From assembly GCA_001179505.1 (NCBI GenBank), contig CDMY01000243.1:248001-312000 (forward strand): 64,000 nt of DNA, in the 5' to 3' direction. Positions 61,201-64,000 of the stretch are shown piece after piece. Numbering within the stretch: position 1 is the stretch's first letter; the number at the start of each line of letters is the position of its first letter. The translations under genes were made by a program, and so were the position numbers. The notes below the pieces were generated by a model. The model saw only the letters and a list, made by a program, of their open reading frames with translations, had not been told where the DNA came from and did not search any database. Source of the DNA: Vitrella brassicaformis CCMP3155. Its lineage: Eukaryota > Protista > Chromerida.

Positions 61201-62602
61201 TTGGATGGATGGATGGATGGAAGGGTAAGTCGTGACAAGGGAGACAGAGGCACGGTCGCAAAACGAAGTGCCTTACTTACCTGGCAGGGCAGATGATGTG
61301 GGGATGGTCATGCTGGGGCTGCCACTGCCGTCTCGGCTGAGGGGTGAGGGCGCCTCCTGGGTGATCTTCTCGCGGTCGAAGAACAACCGCTGGTCGAGGT
61401 TGCTGTGGGCGTCGATAAACATCTCACGCAGAAGCTCCGCCGCCTCCTCCTCAACCTGCACGATGGCATCGGAAGGGTGGGTGGGTGGTGTGTGTTCTGT
61501 CTTGTGTCTTGCGTGTACGCTAAGTCTGCTGACTGACCAGCAGTTTGGGGATGATGCCTGTGGCCCTGCAGAAGCGCAGGAATGATCGAGCGGTCATGGA
61601 TACGGCTCCCTGCTTGATCTTGGTCACGGGAGGGGCTGCAGACAGCGAAATGCATTCATTATGATGCATCCAATTTCTCCGTCCCTCCGTCCCTCCCTCC
61701 CTCCCTCCCTCGAGGCGCACCTGGCTTCATCGGATCTCGGGTAGAGTAGTGGCAGAATATGCGAGACAAGGTCTTGTAGCAGCCGTACACTACCTGACAC
61801 ACACAGACGCAGAGAGAGACAGACAGAAACCGCAAGGCGACAAGTAAGTTCATCTCATGCATCCCACCACACCCATGATGGCCATGCTCTCACTCACTCA
61901 CCTCAATGAGCAGAGGGTGGAAGAACACGTCCCGCAACGGGGACCTGTCGGCCGCCTCAAATACCCCGGGCCTCTGCTCTTCCGTGGAGGTGATGAGCCG
62001 CGCCACATCACTGGCACTCCCCAGCCGCGGGTGGATGGCCGCAAGACCCGCCAGGGTCAGCACAAACTGCCTCAGGTCCAGCTTCCGCGCCTCCAGCTGC
62101 ATGCACCACACGCAGTGAACAACAAACGGACAGACAACAGTCAGTGCAAACGCTGACTCCATGTCCGCGGCGTGCACCCCACCGGCGGTGCTTCGGGCCG
62201 CTTCTCCTTCGGCTTCTCTGCAGCGGTTGGCGACTCCGGCGGAGTTGGCGGCGGCGTGGTGACTTCCTGGAAGACCTTGAGAGCCCTCAGGTGGTCCACC
62301 CCCGCCTCCAACACGCGGCAGTGGTCCACGAAGCGAAAGTAGTCGAGGAGGGTCATTCCGGCCTCTGCAGCGGTGAACTCAAGGAAGATGGCGTTGGCTG
62401 ACTCCTGACTCTTGGAGCCGAGCGACGCCATCAGGGTGGCTGACGACTGGCCGGAGAGCTTCTGCATGATGCTTGTTGACCAGCGGTCACGAGGACAATC
62501 TTCGCCCCCGTCTTGCCCCCACAACGGCAGAATGCATGCCTTCTTGCAAGTTGGATTTCGGTCAATCTCAGGTTTCACGTTGTGTGTGTCATATGCAAGC
62601 AT
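58227..62602 (-). CDS. Large multi-exon protein: N-terminal EF-hand/p25-alpha-like helical repeats, Lys-rich linkers, C-terminal TPR-like repeats
   Basis: FLEF..MTLLDYFRFVDHCRVL; MTARSFLRFCRATGIIPKLL; MDFCKFVETLVALA; TPR-like SVDTASTYVNLGVCFAHL and LADQLGHDHPRT; ends KKKEKGAKGKGKKK-TGA. Confidence 0.7.
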
Positions 62603-62619
62603 TCATGCACTGCAATGGG

Positions 62620-64000
62620 TCCCTTCAGAGTGACCCCAGTCAGTTGGCATGCGTCTGTCTGTCTGCCCTAGCTTGCTTGTGTCAGACAGGTCAATCAATA
62701 AATAAAAGCGTCAAAGCACTCACTCGATCACAATGACAGACAGACTCTCCACACACTGTGACAGACACCCAGACAGACGGGCTGGTGTGGACAGACAAAC
62801 AATCACCCATCCTGGCCTCCCATGCATTCGCCCTTTCTTCCTCGTCCACCCAAACGTGACACACAGGTTGGTTGACAAAACAACAAAGAGAATCAAGACA
62901 CACAGACAGACAGACAGACAGACCATCCACCACGCAGGCACCGGCACCACGAACACGAGAATTAACGGAATGACTGACGGTGGAGTGGCCATGGATGGGG
63001 GCGACGAAAAATACGCGCTGTCTGACCTGGTGAAAGAACGAAAAACCGACCGACCGACCGACCGACTGCTACTGCAGGTTGTGTGTGTATGTGTGTGTCA
63101 TCGAGACCGACAAGACAGTCTCCTTCATTCATCGGCCGATCCATGCAGTCACCCTGGACCTCACACACACCGCCATGTCAATGAAGTCAGTCACTCCCTA
63201 CCTAGCTCCACCCATGGCGAAAGATGATCGACATACACCCACACACACATGACACTGACAGGGACATGATAGACAAGTCTCTTTGAGTTACACAAGCCGC
63301 TCGACCGATCGACGGACACCACACCACACCACACCACACCACACCGCACCCCCAATCCACGCAAAAAGAACAGACAAACAGACAAACAAACAGACAGCGA
63401 AAGAGGCCGACGCACATCCATCCATCCATCCGAACAGCTCTAGCTGAGAAGACCGACAGACGGATCATCCACACACTACACGCGCACGTTCACTGTCTTC
63501 CATTCCGGTTGAGAACCCGTCGCCCACCCACCTGTCTGTCCCGGCACAAGCGGTCAGACAGGGAGAGGGAGAGAGGAGATGACCATCGACACACAGGAGG
63601 GGAGAGAAGAGGGGAGGGGGGGGGGAGTGCAGACCAACCCACGCCACCGACGATAGACAGACAGACACACGCACAAACAACACTCGCAGGTCGACAGCAG
63701 TGGTGTCAAAAGACCCGCGTGCGTGCATATCTGTGCGTGTGCCTTGCTCTGCCTGGCCCGTTGGGAGGGGTGGGGTGTGTTGCATAGTATTCACAGAGGA
63801 ACTGCACAAAGTGTACAGGCAAAGCGGACACTCGCTCGCCCGTACTAGGTAGTGATTCGCCCGTGCGCGTGGGTGGTGCCCAGGGCTGATAGTCTACCTT
63901 CGTATGAGCAGCGAGTCAGCCAGCCAGCCACACGAGAGAGAGAGAGAGAGAGGGAGAGAGAGTCGAGCGGGTGAGAGGGAAGCGGGAGCAAGGGGGGCGC
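62620..64000. repeat. Microsatellite-rich non-coding DNA
   Basis: (ACACC)n, (AGAC)n, (ATCC)n, (GA)n, (ACCG)n tracts; no coherent ORF. Confidence 0.7.

Noticed and set aside
1-64000. CRISPR arrays, rRNA/tRNA genes, transposase, reverse transcriptase, Fanzor/TnpB or viral ORFs
   Set aside because: No spacer-repeat array, RNA gene signature or catalytic motif of these families was seen; the repeats present are microsatellites or coding duplications.

Overview
Intron-rich, GC-rich eukaryotic genomic window. Introns are packed with (AC)n, (ATCC)n and (AGAC)n microsatellites, and there is one 300-N gap. Gene content (PGRL1, an alveolin/IMC-type repeat, a CRMP-like protein, a claudin/CLAMP-like protein, a carotenoid isomerase-like fragment) points to a photosynthetic myzozoan alveolate, most likely a chromerid such as Vitrella (inference). 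About 21 gene models were assembled by hand from the ORF track plus splice signals. They include an RCC1-repeat/IQGAP-type RasGAP protein, DIS3/RRP44, TFIIE-beta, an ~11.5 kb gene with ~21 sushi/CCP-like modules, an HMG-box protein, PGRL1, an LRR + Cys-repeat + multipass-TM (CRMP-like) protein head-to-head with a claudin/CLAMP-like gene, an RluA pseudouridine synthase, an alpha/beta hydrolase, an FAD oxidoreductase, a prohibitin-like protein and a TPR protein. Standout observations: an 11-bp motif GCGAGCTWAGC in five short bidirectional promoters; the CRMP-like/CLAMP-like divergent pair; a dispersed GAA-triloop hairpin element; a Cys4 insertion in TFIIE-beta; several frameshifts; and frequent GC-AG introns. 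All family assignments come from motif recognition by eye, with no database searches. Gene ends are approximate where stated.
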